Shown here piece by piece: positions 25,144-38,485 of a stretch of DNA of 64,000 bases (within the stretch, counting starts at the first letter, position 1; the number at the start of each line of letters is the position of its first letter). The notes beneath the pieces are model-generated. The model made no database searches. It was given only the letters and a program-made list of their open reading frames with translations, and was not told the DNA's origin. Source of the DNA: Reclinomonas americana ATCC 50394 (Eukaryota); NCBI GenBank assembly GCA_048213135.1, contig PS015054.1, positions 133,812-197,811 on the forward strand. Reading direction: 5' to 3'. Position numbers and translations under genes: made by a program.

Positions 25144-26972
25144 TGGGCGACTTCCACTGGCAACTTGCCCCACACCCTTTGCATCATCGTCGTCGTCGTC
25201 GTCGTCGTTCAAGTTGTCGACCTCCCCCCGCACTCCCGACACCCCTCCTCCCCTTCCACCTCTCCACGCGCATCACCATTGTGCATGGGTGAGGCGACAT
25301 ACATACACACAGACCACAAGAGAGAGAGAGATGCGACGGAGAAAGAAGAGCAGAGAGGCGTGCATCGTTGGAACTCATTGTTGTCGCACAGCCCGCGTCG
25401 CTCGCGGTCGCCACCACCGCGCCACCGCTCGCGCTCCCCCGGATCACCTCCTCGCCGTCGTGACTACTCGCCCCCTCGCCGCGACTATGGCGGCAGCAGC
25501 GGCGGCGGCGGCGGACGTGCTTCACCGCCACGGTTCGTTATTTTTTGACTCATGCATGTTGCACCGCCCCTTCTTTCTCTCGCTCCCTCTGCATAACCCG
25601 GAAACGACACACGTGTCTGTCCATGTGCTTCTTCTTCTTCTTCTTCTTCTCAATTGTGTGGCTTGCCATTCCCCTCTATTTGTGTTGTTGTTGTTTGTGT
25701 GTACGACCTGCAACAACCTGGTCGACGCCCATCACGTCGACGATCTGGATATGTGTGTTTGTTTAGTAGCACACCTGCATTTACACACGCATGCATGTTG
25801 TCGCCGCTGGCTCGTCTGTCGCGCGTTTGTGTCATGATGCACCTCGTTGCTGACGTGTGTGATTCGGTGTGCAGTGATCCGGCTGTAAACAGAGGCAACA
25901 ACCTCTACGTCAGCGGTGTGTCGACTCGCACCTCGGACGACGACCTGCGCCGCAAGTTTGAGCGCTTTGGCCCCGTTGCGTTTCCATTTCCCCCCGCCCC
26001 TTGTGGTGACCGCAACTCACCTTTCATCTCCGCACGCAGGTCAAGGAGTGCCGTCTGGTGTACGACCCGCGCACTCGCGAGCACCGCGGGTTCGGCTTCG
26101 TGACCATGGAGGTGGTCGAGGATGCCGAGGCGGCCATCAAGAGCCTGCACAACCAGGACCTCGACGGACGCGTCATCTCTGTGGAGAAGGCCAAGCGCAA
26201 CCGCCCGCGCACGCCGACCCCGGGTAACTATCTCGGCCGCGCTCGCGATCGTGAGGGCTACGGTGGTGGCGGCGGTGGCCGCTACTCGCCGTACCGTGGT
26301 GGTCGCGACGACCGCCGCGGCGGTGGCTGTTGCGTCTCATTTGCAGAAGCTCTCTTATGTTTGTTCGATATTGCTCACCACGCGCAATGTGCATTTTGTG
26401 ATGCAACAGACGACGACTACCGTGGCGGTGGCCGTGACCGCGATCGCGATCGAGGAGGGTGCGTTGTGTGGAGTGCTTTCATATCATCTTTAATCCTTGC
26501 ACGTTTTCCTCATGCGCGCTTGCTGCAGTTACGACGACTACCGCGGTGGTGGTGACCGTGGTGGTGGTGGTGGCGGCGGCTACTCGGGTTCGGGCTCGCG
26601 CGACTACGACTATCGGTAAGCCACAAGCCTGTCTCATGCGAATCGACTTCGAATTCCTGTTTCCCCCGCTCTTCAAGTCTGCTGCTGCTGCTACCTTCAA
26701 GTGGCTGGGCAACACGACAGTCGTCGCTTTTCCTGTATCGTCTCCTCCCCATCCCCCCTCTTCTCTTTTTCCATTCTCCCTTTCTCGGCCATGCTGTTTT
26801 GTTGCGCAGTTGACCTCCGATGCGGAGTCTGGATTGTTGTTCCTTTTGTCGTCTATGCTTTCAGTACTGTCTTCGCGTTAGCTTGCCAGTGACGACTAGT
26901 ACGCGCTCTGACGTTGCTCCTTGCAGGTACCGCTCGCGCAGCCGCTCACCCTACGACTCGCGTCGCTACTAA
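24574..26972 (+). CDS. TRA2/SR45a-like SR splicing factor (RS-RRM-RS/RGG), 8 exons, first coding exon is ATG only
   Basis: RRM GNNLYVSGVS...VYDPRTREHRGFGFVTM...GRVISVEKAKRNRPRTPTPGNYLG carries the TRA2/SR45a signature. RS/SP-rich flanks. TAA at 26970-26972. Confidence 0.9.
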
Positions 26973-27157
26973 GCAGCGCCGGCCCGCTAAAAAAGGCAGC
27001 TGCACCGCCTTTTGGTGGTTGTGTTTTTTTCGCCCCCTTCGTGCACGGCATCCACAATGAAGCAACATTCAAAACCGGGACTCGTGTAAGGGGCGTGCGG
27101 GAGAGGGCTGTGTGTGTGTGTGTAAACGCCAGCGCGATAAGAGTCATGAATCGTTGT

Positions 27158-30100
27158 TTACGAAGGGATGTCGTTGCGCAGTTTTAGGCGATGTAGCATC
27201 TCGCGAACTTGTTCTCTCTGTAAAAAAGAGGCGAGGGATGAGCTGGAAACGAAAAAAAGACGGTGACGTTGCAAGGTATGTACACGTACCCTCTCATCCG
27301 TGACCGGTGCCGGCTGAGAAAAGCACTCCACAAATGAGACAATAGGTACAGCAGCAGCAGCAGCAGGAGGGAGCGGCAGAAACATACGCACCTCGCCGCC
27401 GTGTACCAACCACGCCGGTAATACCGAGACGCGACCGGCCACCAGCAGTGCCTTGCTGGCGACGCACTGATGGAAACGCCAGTTGGTGGCCTGCCCGTCG
27501 AAGCGCCGAAGGAGCTGCCGGACGACCTCCCAGCCACTTTGCACGGCGCCGTCAAAGCGCACAGTGTGCTCCGGTGACTTCTCGTCCACCACAGCGCACT
27601 CGGCGACCAGCGACTCGAACACTGCGGCGAGATCCAGGTGGCAAGTGACGCACACATCAATTGCGTCCTCGTACAGTCCTTGCGACAGGAGCAGTCGCAA
27701 GGTGGCGTCGGCGTCCAGAGCACCAATATTAGTCTCCGTCGTTCCTCCCGTCAGCAGCGAGTAGTGCATGAGGGCGAGGCGCGCCGTGGCCAACGCAAAG
27801 AGTCCACGCGCGTCACTCAACGTCACCAGCATCTGCTGTCCCGGTCCCCGGTCACGCAGCGCGTCACTGCTGGCGTCGACAGCGCTGCTTTGTTGATCGT
27901 CGTCCTCCCCGTCGTCGGCCTCCACCGAGCGCCGCCTGCGCTTCCGACTCGGCTGCGCGGAGACACGCGCGGTGGCGTGAGTTTGTCACGTAGCACGGAA
28001 AACACATTAAATAACAGGAACGCAACTGTCTTGACTCCCGAGAGCAGAGCCGGTGGCTGAATGTTTTCCACCACAATGAACTGTCGACCGTCGGGCAGCA
28101 GACCGAGGCAGTTGAGTGCGACACTGTAACCGAAATGCTGCTGCTGGTACAGCTCAATCAGGTCCGGCGCCGACATGGCCTCCTTCCGCCGGCGCTCGGC
28201 GTACTCGAACATGGCCGTGGCTGCACTGCTGTGGTCGTTGCGGGCAACGGCGAACGAGTGCCACACAAAGTAGTAGTTGGTACTGCCGGCGGCGTCCGAC
28301 AGACGCAAGTCGAGACCGCGCGCCTTCTCGCGCAGAATGTCCTCGATCTCGCCAACAATGCCGTGCGCCGGGAAACTGGCCAGACGCGCCGCCAGGCCAC
28401 TCTCCACCAACTCGCTCACAAACAGGCGCAAGCAGTTGCGACGTGTATCGGCATGCCGGTTGCTCACAATGGCCGCATACGCATCCTCGTAGCGTCCGAG
28501 TCGGAGGGAGAGCGAAAAGACGCGCGCCAACAGACCGCCCTGTCACCCAAGTTGAGGAGGAGGAGGAGGAGGAGGCAAACGGAAACGAGAATGCAGAACG
28601 CACCAACTTCTCCAACAGCACATCGTGGGTGGAGGCCAGTGTCGTCAAGAATGCCGCAGCTCTTCGCGCCACATCGCACACAATGTCCGACTGTTGCTTG
28701 CCCTCAAACAGCGACATCACGAACTGACAGTAGAGAACACGGAGGCGGGCGGCGGCGGCCAGCGTCCGATCATCGCCAATCTCTGCAATCTCTTGCTTCA
28801 CCGCGGGATTGTCGACCTCGCCGAGCAAGGAGAGCAGGCGGTCCCAGTCACTCAGCACATCGGCCTCTGCCGCTGCCAACGAACTGCCTCCGTCAACCTG
28901 ATCGTCGCTCACCGGCAAGTCTGCAGCACAGTGTGACCACAACAGCCATGCAGCGATCTGCCGTTTCCAGGGGGGAAAAAACGCAACACCACATGGACGC
29001 GGCCTCCAAGAATGCATCACGGCCTCGCAGAAGCTGCAAGCGTGACACGTAGCACAGGCCGAGGGAGTGCAGAAGCGGTGCGGAGCGTGGGGTTTGCAGG
29101 GAGCAAAACTCAAAGAGCAGATCGAATGCTTGATTCCGCGCCAAGACCTGCATCATGTGCCACGACGTGGAGACGGCCATGTGTGGAGCCGCCGTGTAGC
29201 TGCCACAGGTGCTAGAAAGAAAGAGAGGAGTCAAGGATACACAACAACACGCACTGCGCAGTGACGACATCAAGGCGCGGGAATGCTGGCAAAGGAAAAA
29301 AAAGGATATAACTTGGCAAACAGCTGGCCCAACACGCCCGACAGCGAACCGCGCATATCAGAAACAAAGTTGTCTCCGAGGAAGACGAGCGGGAAATCGG
29401 GGTGGGACGTGATGGCCGGCATGCCGTGGCGAACCAGGGAATCGAGAAGCTTGTGGTCGGTGGCTGGCAGACACACAGATTCGTATGAGCAGGGGAAAAC
29501 ACATACAAGCACACGAGATATCGACAATGGCGACGCAACAGCGTGCGCCGGCAACGTCGACCATGGACCAGTCGGACCCGACTCTGTTGTAGCATCGTCA
29601 GCAACGACGTCAACACACGAACCCTACTTTTTGCTCCCGTCGCACCTGCTGCCACTGGAGTCTGGCTGCATTGCAAGCCAGCGGAACAAGAGAGCCTTGC
29701 GCAGGCCGGACGACAGTTGTGGGTACACTGTGGAGCGGAAGCCGCTGTTGGCCGACTGTCGTCGGAGATTCTGCGTGCCCACGAGTGAGATGATCTGACC
29801 ACGTTAAACGAATGGTGTGTGTCGGCTCACCGGCTGCGGCTGCACTCGCTGCAGCACAAAAACCACAGTGACTGCGATGCGCAGGAGAAGCATGCACCGC
29901 GCGGCGAGCATCGCCGACACGGACGATCGCACAAAGTGCAGCAGTGTGTTGCTGGTATCCATCGGGCCGGCATTCAAGTTGATCTCTGCAAACACATCGC
30001 CCCCCAAAAACACACTAAGCGGAGGGTCATGACGAGCACCACCACAGTGGCAACAACGCACCGGGAAGCTTGCCCCACACTCGATTGATGAGTTGGTTGA

Positions 30101-32957
30101 CGGCGGAGCGCGGTGCGACTACCGTATTGAATATCTCTGTCACCTCGGCCGCCAGCTGCTCCGTTGCTTGCGCGCTACCGACATCCTTTGCGCTGTAGTC
30201 GTCATGTGATATCAGGCGACATGCAGCTGCGGGCACACGGGTGTGCAGAATACACAGAAAAACAGACCTCTCCTCCAAGAGCCCAGGCAGCACCTCTTCT
30301 AGAATTCCACACGGATCGTCAGCCTCTCGACACAAGCCGTCGAGCAAGACCAGGGAGAGAGGACCCAGCTGTCGGAGGCATGTACGATTGTGAGTTGTGT
30401 CGTCCTCACGTGACGACAAGAGAAAAAGCAACTCACAAAATCGGCCACCAGCTGCGTGCAGTGCAGGAAGCGACGCTCGTCGTCCGACAGCACCATGTGC
30501 TTGAACCCATCTGCACACGGGAGTGTCAGCCACCACGTCCGAGAACCAGAAGAACCATCAACAGCACAAAACCTGCATCCTCATCGTGGTCTCCCACGTG
30601 CGACATGAACAGCAGCGACTCGGCGATTTCCGCATCGCGAACAAATCCCACGCCATCCTGTACGTGCCACATGTTGAGTGTCACCGCGCGCTACACTGGC
30701 AGGCACGGAGGCAACGACAGTAACCAACCTCCTTCACCGCACCAACCACCGACACCACAGAACTGCGTGGCACGCGAGCCAGCAAGAGAGCACGCGGAGC
30801 ACTCGCCACGTCGCGCCGTTCCACCATTTGGTTGTAGAACTCCAAAAGCGCCTCGCCCACATCTTGTCCGTGTGCATGGACATCGTGCAGGAGCATCGCC
30901 CGCAGAGACTCCTCAGTCTCCACGTCCAGCGATCCCACCGCCAGTCCATGCGTCTCTTCCATGCATCGCCGCAGCACCGGCAACGACATGTCCTCCGACT
31001 CAAAGATACGCGACATGAAAAACAACTCCGAGAACTGAATCCGTTCCAGTGCATGCGCATCCAGCTGCATCGATCCGTCCACGAATTCGTGCTCTCGCAG
31101 CACTGCATTCCAGCCGAGCTCCCCACACTCAGCCCTGCCGGACGAAAGGGTGAGCACGAAAAAGAGAGCAGTGATGGATTCGCACATGACGCAACGAATC
31201 GGGTGCATAGAAAACAACTGTCGGCATGGCCTGCGTTCCGCTCACACCGAGCACGTACAGGGCGCGGTTCGAGTTGACGTGCCAGTCGAACACAACATCG
31301 TGAGGACTGTACACGAGGTCGGTCGCAAGAAGTTCGTAGCTGCGACCCGACACGGCATTCAGCTGCGCCCACACGAATGCACACTCGGCGCGTTTCTGTC
31401 GCCACCACGTCGGTGAGACGGAGCGCGAGAGAGGCGAGTAGAGAGGACAGCACAAACCATGCTGCTCACAAACGGAATGTGGAAGAGAATTGCGCTGCCG
31501 AGCACGGTCATGAGCCGTGTGGCGCCACCAGTGGCCGACACTGCGCAGAACACACGCAAGTCAGCACTGGGACAAAAAAACCCGCAAGAGTTCGAGACAC
31601 ACGAAACAGTTGGTAATGCTTTCGGCGCCACTGGTAAAGTGGGCCATGAGATCGACCAGTCGGGCCTTGGAGGCCACCGAGCGACCAGCCAGGTGCCACG
31701 TGGTCAGACCGCCCTCCACGTCCAACGCCACAGCCACCGTTTCCCGGTCCACGTGCACAACAACCAGGTCCACCAGCGACGCCGCTCGAGTGGGTCTAAT
31801 GCGATGCGATGAGAAAATGAATAGAGGAGAGTAACGGGAAGGAGAGACACGAGACAACTCAACTTGGAGAGGATACTGCTGAAGAACTTGGTGACACTGA
31901 ACTTCTCCGACAACAAAAAGTTGCGTGATGCTGCACACACGCACACGCAGATAATAATGGTGAGCGAAGCGATTGTGCAAGGAGTGGTGGCGTGGACAAA
32001 AGGGGAGCACATGCCCACCATTCTCCAGATCGACATACTGAATGGACCCATCAGAGTAGCCAATCAGCATGTTATGAGCCGCCCACAAATGCAAGCACGT
32101 GACGCTGGCCGCCTTGACCGTGACATCGAGCACCGTCAACCGATCGTCCGAGTACGATTGCAGATACGACGACGACTGCACGTGGTGGCGCGCAACTGTT
32201 AGCTCGCTACACAAAAGAGAGAACGATGACCAAAAAAATGCACGCAACATGCGCCGACGGCAGCGGCAACGACACAATGTACAGAAACGCCGACTGCGGA
32301 CAGCACAGCACAATGCGCAGGCGCGCCTGTCGTGAAGGTCGCCGCCGCCGACGGAAGCGCTCCTCGTCGTCCTCATCGTCATCATCCTCCTCATCATCAT
32401 CCTCCACCTGCTCGTCCTCCTCATCACCCACACGCCCATCATCATCGCCAATCACCATCGCCTGTCGTGCACGCCTCGCTGCCGCCACCTCCACCTCATC
32501 CTCTTCCTCCTCGACACACACGCGAGGAAGCAGTGGAAAGGGGAACTGCAGAGTGCGCGAGTGCCTGACACTGCCCAGATCCTCAGCCTTGCGTGCTGCA
32601 AACGCGCTCTTGTTCGTCACCATCGTCGGCACCTCGAACAGATCCAAGTGCGTGCCACGCACACACCTGCATGCCAAAGAGTCCAAGGGCAAAGAGAGAC
32701 AACATGAGCGGCCATGACCACTTGCACACACACACTCTCTCTTGCATGCACGACGACAACAACAACACTACACGTACTCACCACACGAGTGACACCCCGC
32801 GCAACGCACGCAATGCATACGAGCCGTACACAGGAAGTGCAGGTGACAATGAGGCACTGCCTGCAGCGGCCACGTCTTCATCGCTGTGATGCGGCACGCG
32901 CACCAGCGGCCGCTGCGTGAGTGGCGGGAAGGCCACACCGTCTGACACGCGGTACAT
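27158..32957 (-). CDS. NUP160: Nucleoporin NUP160/Nup120, about 21 exons
   Basis: RVFSLSLRLGRYEDAYAAI...RRNCLRLFVSELVE...EIEDILREKAR...NYYFVWHSF...AATAMFEYA...ALNCLGLL and C-terminal LPAWLV match NUP160. The N-terminal region is beta-rich. Confidence 0.85.
29209..29309 (-). other. U12-type (minor spliceosome) intron in NUP160, AT-AC (or AT-AG ending at 29212)
   Basis: 5' end ATATCCTTT at 29309-29301, branch TCCTTGAC at 29237-29230, 3' end ...TTCTAGCAC. Removal keeps the frame (FAKF-CGSY). Confidence 0.8.
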
Positions 32958-33044
32958 GCGCGCTGCCTGCTGTGCGTGTCGAGCTTGCTGTGGACAGAGA
33001 GCGTGCTCGCCAGTGGATTTCGCGCGCTTTCACTCACCGCGATC

Positions 33045-36000
33045 ATGTCGCGCATGCAGCTGGTCGCCGCCGGTGCGTCCTTCCTTCCCCTTACCAGCAC
33101 CACTGTACCTTCCGTGCTGGTTACCTTCGCCGTCTCCTCACACTCTATTTGTGTGTGTGTGTATTGTCGTGTGTCAACCGCTTTCACAGATGATGTCGAC
33201 GACGGTGGCTCGTCGTCGTCGTCTGTGTCGGCGGTGCAGACATTAGCACTTGTACAGAGCGACTCGCCACCGCGCACGTGTCCGTACTTGTTCCAACAGG
33301 CGCTGGCCACGGCCACAGTGACACTGGTGGCCGATGGGTGAGCAAACACAATCCTCTCCTCCGATGAAAGTGCTCCGCAGTCACTCACCTTCTCTCCTAC
33401 ACACACACACACACAGTGTCCCTGGAGCGGGCGAGCCGGTGCAGTTTGGCGACTTGTGTAGCTATCGATTGGCGCGATCGGACGACTCACAGTCACCGTG
33501 GGAGGCCGTGGATCGAACAGGCCGGCTGCAGGATGCGGCAGCGCACTGGGTCGACGGCTCCAATGTGGCCTTCTTGCTGGTCGGCGGTGTTGCGTCGCTG
33601 GCGACTCGCAACCAGCTGCTGTATGGTGATCGGTCGGCGGAGCAGCAGCAGTCGGGATCACAGTCGCGAGCGTCAGTTGCTGGTGCGTGCGTGTGTTTGT
33701 TGTGAGGAGGACGACTGGTGTGTGTACTGAACGAGGCGATAGGATTGGTGGCCATGCTGACGAGACACGCATTGGAGGAACTGCGGTCGAGATATCAGAC
33801 GTCGCCATCGTCGCGTGGCAAGCCGCCGTTCCGAGTGACGATTGAGAGCTTTGCAGTGCGCGATGAGACTGTGGTGGACTTGTTGGACGAAGGTCTACTC
33901 TTTGTGTGTGACTTCGTGGCGTGAGCATACGTTTCGTTGACTTTATTCGCCCCCCACAGCGACCTCGGTTGGTTTGGAGGTGGTGGATTTCGATCTGGAG
34001 GCTGGCGACAGCATCGTCAAGGGCTTGCGCCGGCATCCCGTCACCTCCGCCGATGCTGTGTCCATACTGCTCGATGATGTTGCGTGACTCGGCGAAGCGT
34101 GAATGAGTGGGTGGCGTCGGCTGAATTTCATGTGTGCAGCATCAGTCGCTGCGGAATCCGGCTCGTCTGCAGACCAATCCGCCTCCATTGGAGGCGCAGC
34201 GATCTCATTCATGCGTACGCCTCCAACTCGTGCAGCACCGACAAGATGTGGATGGGCAGCCGCAGACGGTGAGCACCCGGTATCACTCGATGAGCGTTTT
34301 GGAGATAGAGGGAGAGGGAGAGTATTCTGTGCTTACTAGCAGCTCGCAGCTCCTGTCGACGTGCACTCTGGTGGACATTGCCTCGCTGGATCCGCTAACC
34401 GAGCGTGCTGAGGCAGTGAATGAACGCGAAGGTGAGCAGGCGGGTCCGGGTGCGAGCGCAGAGTGATGCGCGTGCTGACCGTTTTTCCGGGAAGGTGTCA
34501 GCATGAACCGCAGTCTGTTTGCCGTTGCGAACGCATTCCAGATGCTGAGCAAGCCTGCGGTGTGTCGTGGCCCCTGTAGTGTTCGTGCTGCAGTCCTCTG
34601 ACGCTCTCTGCTGCTGTAGGAACGCGATTTTGTCATGTACTCGGGCAGTGTGATGACTCGCCTGTTGTGGAATGTGCTGGGCGGCAACTGCCTCACCACC
34701 GTCGTCGGCGTGCTGGCCTACGGATCGCCGCGTGATGTTGGTGCCTGCACTCATGTCCTACGCATGTGCAAGCAAGCGCGCGCCATCATCAACTCGCCGC
34801 TCATCACGTGCGACAGGGTCAGCGGTCTCGTACGCAAGTACCATGTGAGTACGCGTGGGATTGCGCAGATCGCTTACTCTATTCGCCATTGTCATTGCTT
34901 ACGAAAAGTCCATGCGCACAGATTGAGCTCCACCGGCTCATGGACCAAGTGAGGGATCTCAAACAGGCCGAGGCCAGACTGCGACAGCAGCTGAAGGATA
35001 TCGAGTTGCGGGCGATTCGCGTGTTGTTTGTCTGCGCTGTGCACAGCGCTGACATATTATGGTTGTGTGCTTCGGGGGGGTTCAGTCCTCGAGCGGCGGC
35101 GGCCATGTCCGCCACCGACGCCGGCGTCCGCGGTTCGACCGACCACGCATCGTCGTCGCATGCCATTCTCAAGCTGCACGGTAAGCACGCGCATTGTGCA
35201 AGCCTGATTACTATTCACCGCGCCTCACCGTGATCGCTGAAGAAATGGAGAGCCACAACATCAAGCAGCATTTGGAGAAGATGAAGGTCGAGGAGGAGCG
35301 TGATCGGATGCGTGACAAGCTTCTCGAGCTCAAGGACAGGCAAGTGCATGAGCGTGAAGACAACTGCGTTTGTGTCCGCCAGTGTGTCACTCACAGAGTC
35401 ATCGTTTCGCAGATATTATGAGTTGATGCAGACGAAGAATGACATGGAAGCGAAGCTGCTGCAGTCGGAGGAGTCGAAACTACGCATCTCTCGAGCGCAC
35501 ATTGACTCGCAGATCCGCATTGCTGAACTGGAGGTTTGCATGCACGCCACCTTTGTTTTCTCGACCGAGGCACTCAACCACACTTGGCCGTATGCGCGCA
35601 TCAGGAGAGACTCGAGGGACTGACATTTGACGACGAGACGCGCATGCTGGCCACCGAGTCGGCCACCGCTGAGCTGGAATCCAAGTACATGGCGCAATCG
35701 GAGCAGCTGGAGCGCACACGAGCGGAGCTGGAGAAGATCCGCAGTTGCGTCAGGGAGACTCGGATGCACACACTGGTGAGGGACGGTGTTGGATGCATTG
35801 GAGCTGAATGTCGTGCATTTAGGTGAGCGTGTCGATCTGGCTGCCGAGTTTGTTGCCTTGCGACAGAATTACACGCAGCGCACGTCGGAACTGAGCGTCG
35901 AGCAGGCGCGTGTGGAAGAGTTGCAGTTGGAGGTGGTCAACTTGCTGAACAAGGTCCAAGTGCTGGAAAAGGTGCGTGCGCGCGCGTGTGTGTGTGTGTG

Positions 36001-38202
36001 TGTCGCACCAGTGTACCCAATCAAGGTGCTCATTCTCGAATGCAGGGTTCCAAGCCGATGACTCCACCGGCACAACGACGCCTCCCACCTGTAGATCCCT
36101 CCGCCCGGCCGCGCTCGCGTGAGCTCTCGCCACGAGGCTCGACTCTCCCGTCCATTGGGTTGCGTTGTCGCAGTCGTGTCACTCCCCCTCCCCCCTTCTT
36201 TTTCCTAGCACATTTGTTCATTTGCGATGACAGTACACGTGTCTCTGGCGCTGCACTGGAGGTCCGTACACACGTCGTGCAGCGTTTTACGACAGAGCAC
36301 CATCTGATTTGATGATGCACAGGGTGGACAGGAACGCAAGCTGCTCGACAATCGCCTCTCGCAACTGCAACAGTACGTCGCAGACTTGGAGGGTCAGATT
36401 CAGTTGCTTAGCTACCAGAACAACCTGCTCTCCGACGACCTGACGAACAAGGATACGACCTACATTGAGAAGACGCAAGAGAGTTGCGTGCCGACACCTC
36501 GCCGTGAGAATCTCTGTTGCTGTATTGATCTGTGAGCTCTCTGTGCAGTGATCGACACGATGACCCAGTTGCAGACACAGGCGCGACGCACCGGTGTTGA
36601 TGATGCAAACACGCAGACGAGCATCGAGCAGTTCGTCTCCAAGTCGTACGCCGCAGTCATCAGGGCGTTGCAGAACGCACATCGCGCAACAATCCACGAC
36701 CGGGATCGGTGCGCACTCGTGAGCATGCATATCAGTCAGTGTGTGCACTCTCACCGATGCCGTGCTGTTCGTGCAGACTTCGCAACACGTGCAACGTACT
36801 GCGCGGTCACAATTCGGCGATTATTAGGTTTGCCATTTCTGACGCCCCAGATCGTGCGCCCATGAACTCTTTTTTCTCAAAACGCAATCTGCAGGGCCTA
36901 CGAGGAGCTGACGGCGCACTTGTCACGCTGCCACGAACTGATACGGGAATATGTCGGTGCTGGCCGCCTGGAGGAACTGCGGCCGCCTCGCATGCTCACT
37001 CTTGCACAACTAAAGGTCGCGCCGTTCACCGCCATTTCCTTTTTTGGCTACTCCGTACATTCACTTATTTTTATGGGCTCTGTCTTGCAGGAGCTCAAGG
37101 ACGCCAACGACACGCCGCACGCACTCATGGAGGACTTGAAACGCATGGAGGGAGCGCTTGCACAGGCACGCGATCAGTACGTGTCGGCCGAGCAAGCGCA
37201 TGGTCTCTACAAGGAGCACGTTGACCGCATGCTCGCCGCCGGTGGCGGTGGTGGTGGTGGCGCGGCAGGGTGTGTGTGTGTGTGTGCGCGCATGCGTGTG
37301 TCGATGTGTCGTCAACGCCTCTTGCCTGCATCACCAATCATCCTGTTTGTGCTGGCGTTCCGTATCTTTATAGTGGCGACCAAGTTCGGAGGCAGCTTGA
37401 AGACAGCAATCGGCGACTGCTCGAGGATGTTTCTGTTGCGCACTCACACACTTTTTTTGTATTCGGGTGCTTCGCCTGTGTTAACACGCCTGGTGAGCAG
37501 CGCCTGCAACGAGAGAATCAAGAGCTCCGCAGCAACAGAGCGCCACCGCCCCATCCAGGAGCAGCCCCGGCGCGCGCATCAAGTGCCGATGCATCTCGCT
37601 TGCGCGACCGCGTGCACCAGGTTTTGTGTGCGTGTGATATTCTTGCGGGCTGGAATCTCACTGTCGTCCTGGCAGCTGGAGGTTGAAAACGCCGAGCTCC
37701 GGAAGGAAGTGGAGTTTGGCAAGCAGCGTTCCACGAGAATGCCACATTTGGAGGAACGGTTTGTGTGCGGCAGCTGCATGGCGACGAATCTTCCATGTTT
37801 GTTCACCACCCCCGCGCTGATCTGCCTTTTCTGTACGCGCAGCGTGGAGGCGCTGATGTATGAGAAGGAGGTGCTGCAGAACCAGGTTACTGATCTACAG
37901 CTGAAGGTGTCGAAGCGAACCGCGGGTACGCCGACGGGAGACGCCGATCAATACATGCAACAGATCCGGGAGTTTGCGGCACGGGAGCAGCAAGAGCTGG
38001 AGAAGAAAGTGTACGAGTACCAGACACGAGCAACCATGGCAGAGGAACAACTCGAAGAACTCAACACGTACATTGCCGACACGATTGCACAGTTTCGTCG
38101 TCGTCATTGTCTCTGCGTGTGGTGCATCGCGTGTGCTCACCCAGTTGCGTTAGGTACGAGGCCGAGATTCAGAGACTGCAGGCTGCATTAGCTGCTCGCT
38201 GA
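33045..38202 (+). CDS. CCDC78: CCDC78-like protein with an N-terminal degenerate kinesin motor domain, about 24 exons
   Basis: Kinesin-like blocks DGSNVAFLLVG, FRVTIESFAVRDETVVDLL, QRSH, LVDIASLD, MNRSL and YSGSVMTRLLWNVLGGNCLT. CCDC78-like motifs SEESKLRISRAHIDSQI and QIREFA...QQELEK...RATMAEEQLEELNTYI...YEAEIQRL. Confidence 0.7.
35340..35412 (+). other. GC-AG intron in the CCDC78-like gene
   Basis: AG|GCAAGT...TCGCAG|A. The nearby GT donors checked give the wrong phase; this donor yields ELKDRYYELMQTK. Confidence 0.65.
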
Positions 38203-38475
38203 TGAAAAGGCATATTCTTGTTTCTGTATTCGTGGTGTCGCTGTTTCTTTCAACACGTCGCGGACACTCGTTCGACATGAGTTCGTGTGTTCGCAACGCG
38301 TGCCAGGATCCACTGTCGAGCACTTTGGGAGGAGAGCTGCGACCTCGGAGCAGAGAGTGGCGGGGGCCTGGTTAACCGCTGTTGCCCTCCCACGCAGTTT
38401 CAGACGACGGGGCAAGTGCGGTCGGCAGGATATTCTGGAATTCCGGCCGGCAACGACTGTTGCCCGAATCAACTC

Positions 38476-38485
38476 ATATATATTT
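38476..38485 (+). promoter_or_regulatory. Possible TATA box upstream of the zinc-finger gene
   Basis: CATATATATT about 85 nt upstream of ATG 38566 in an otherwise GC-rich context. Confidence 0.35.

Noticed and set aside
38260-38295. Hairpin GCGGACAC...GTGTTCGC downstream of the CCDC78-like stop
   Set aside because: The stem is short and imperfect, as expected by chance at this GC content, and has no SECIS or other ncRNA hallmarks.
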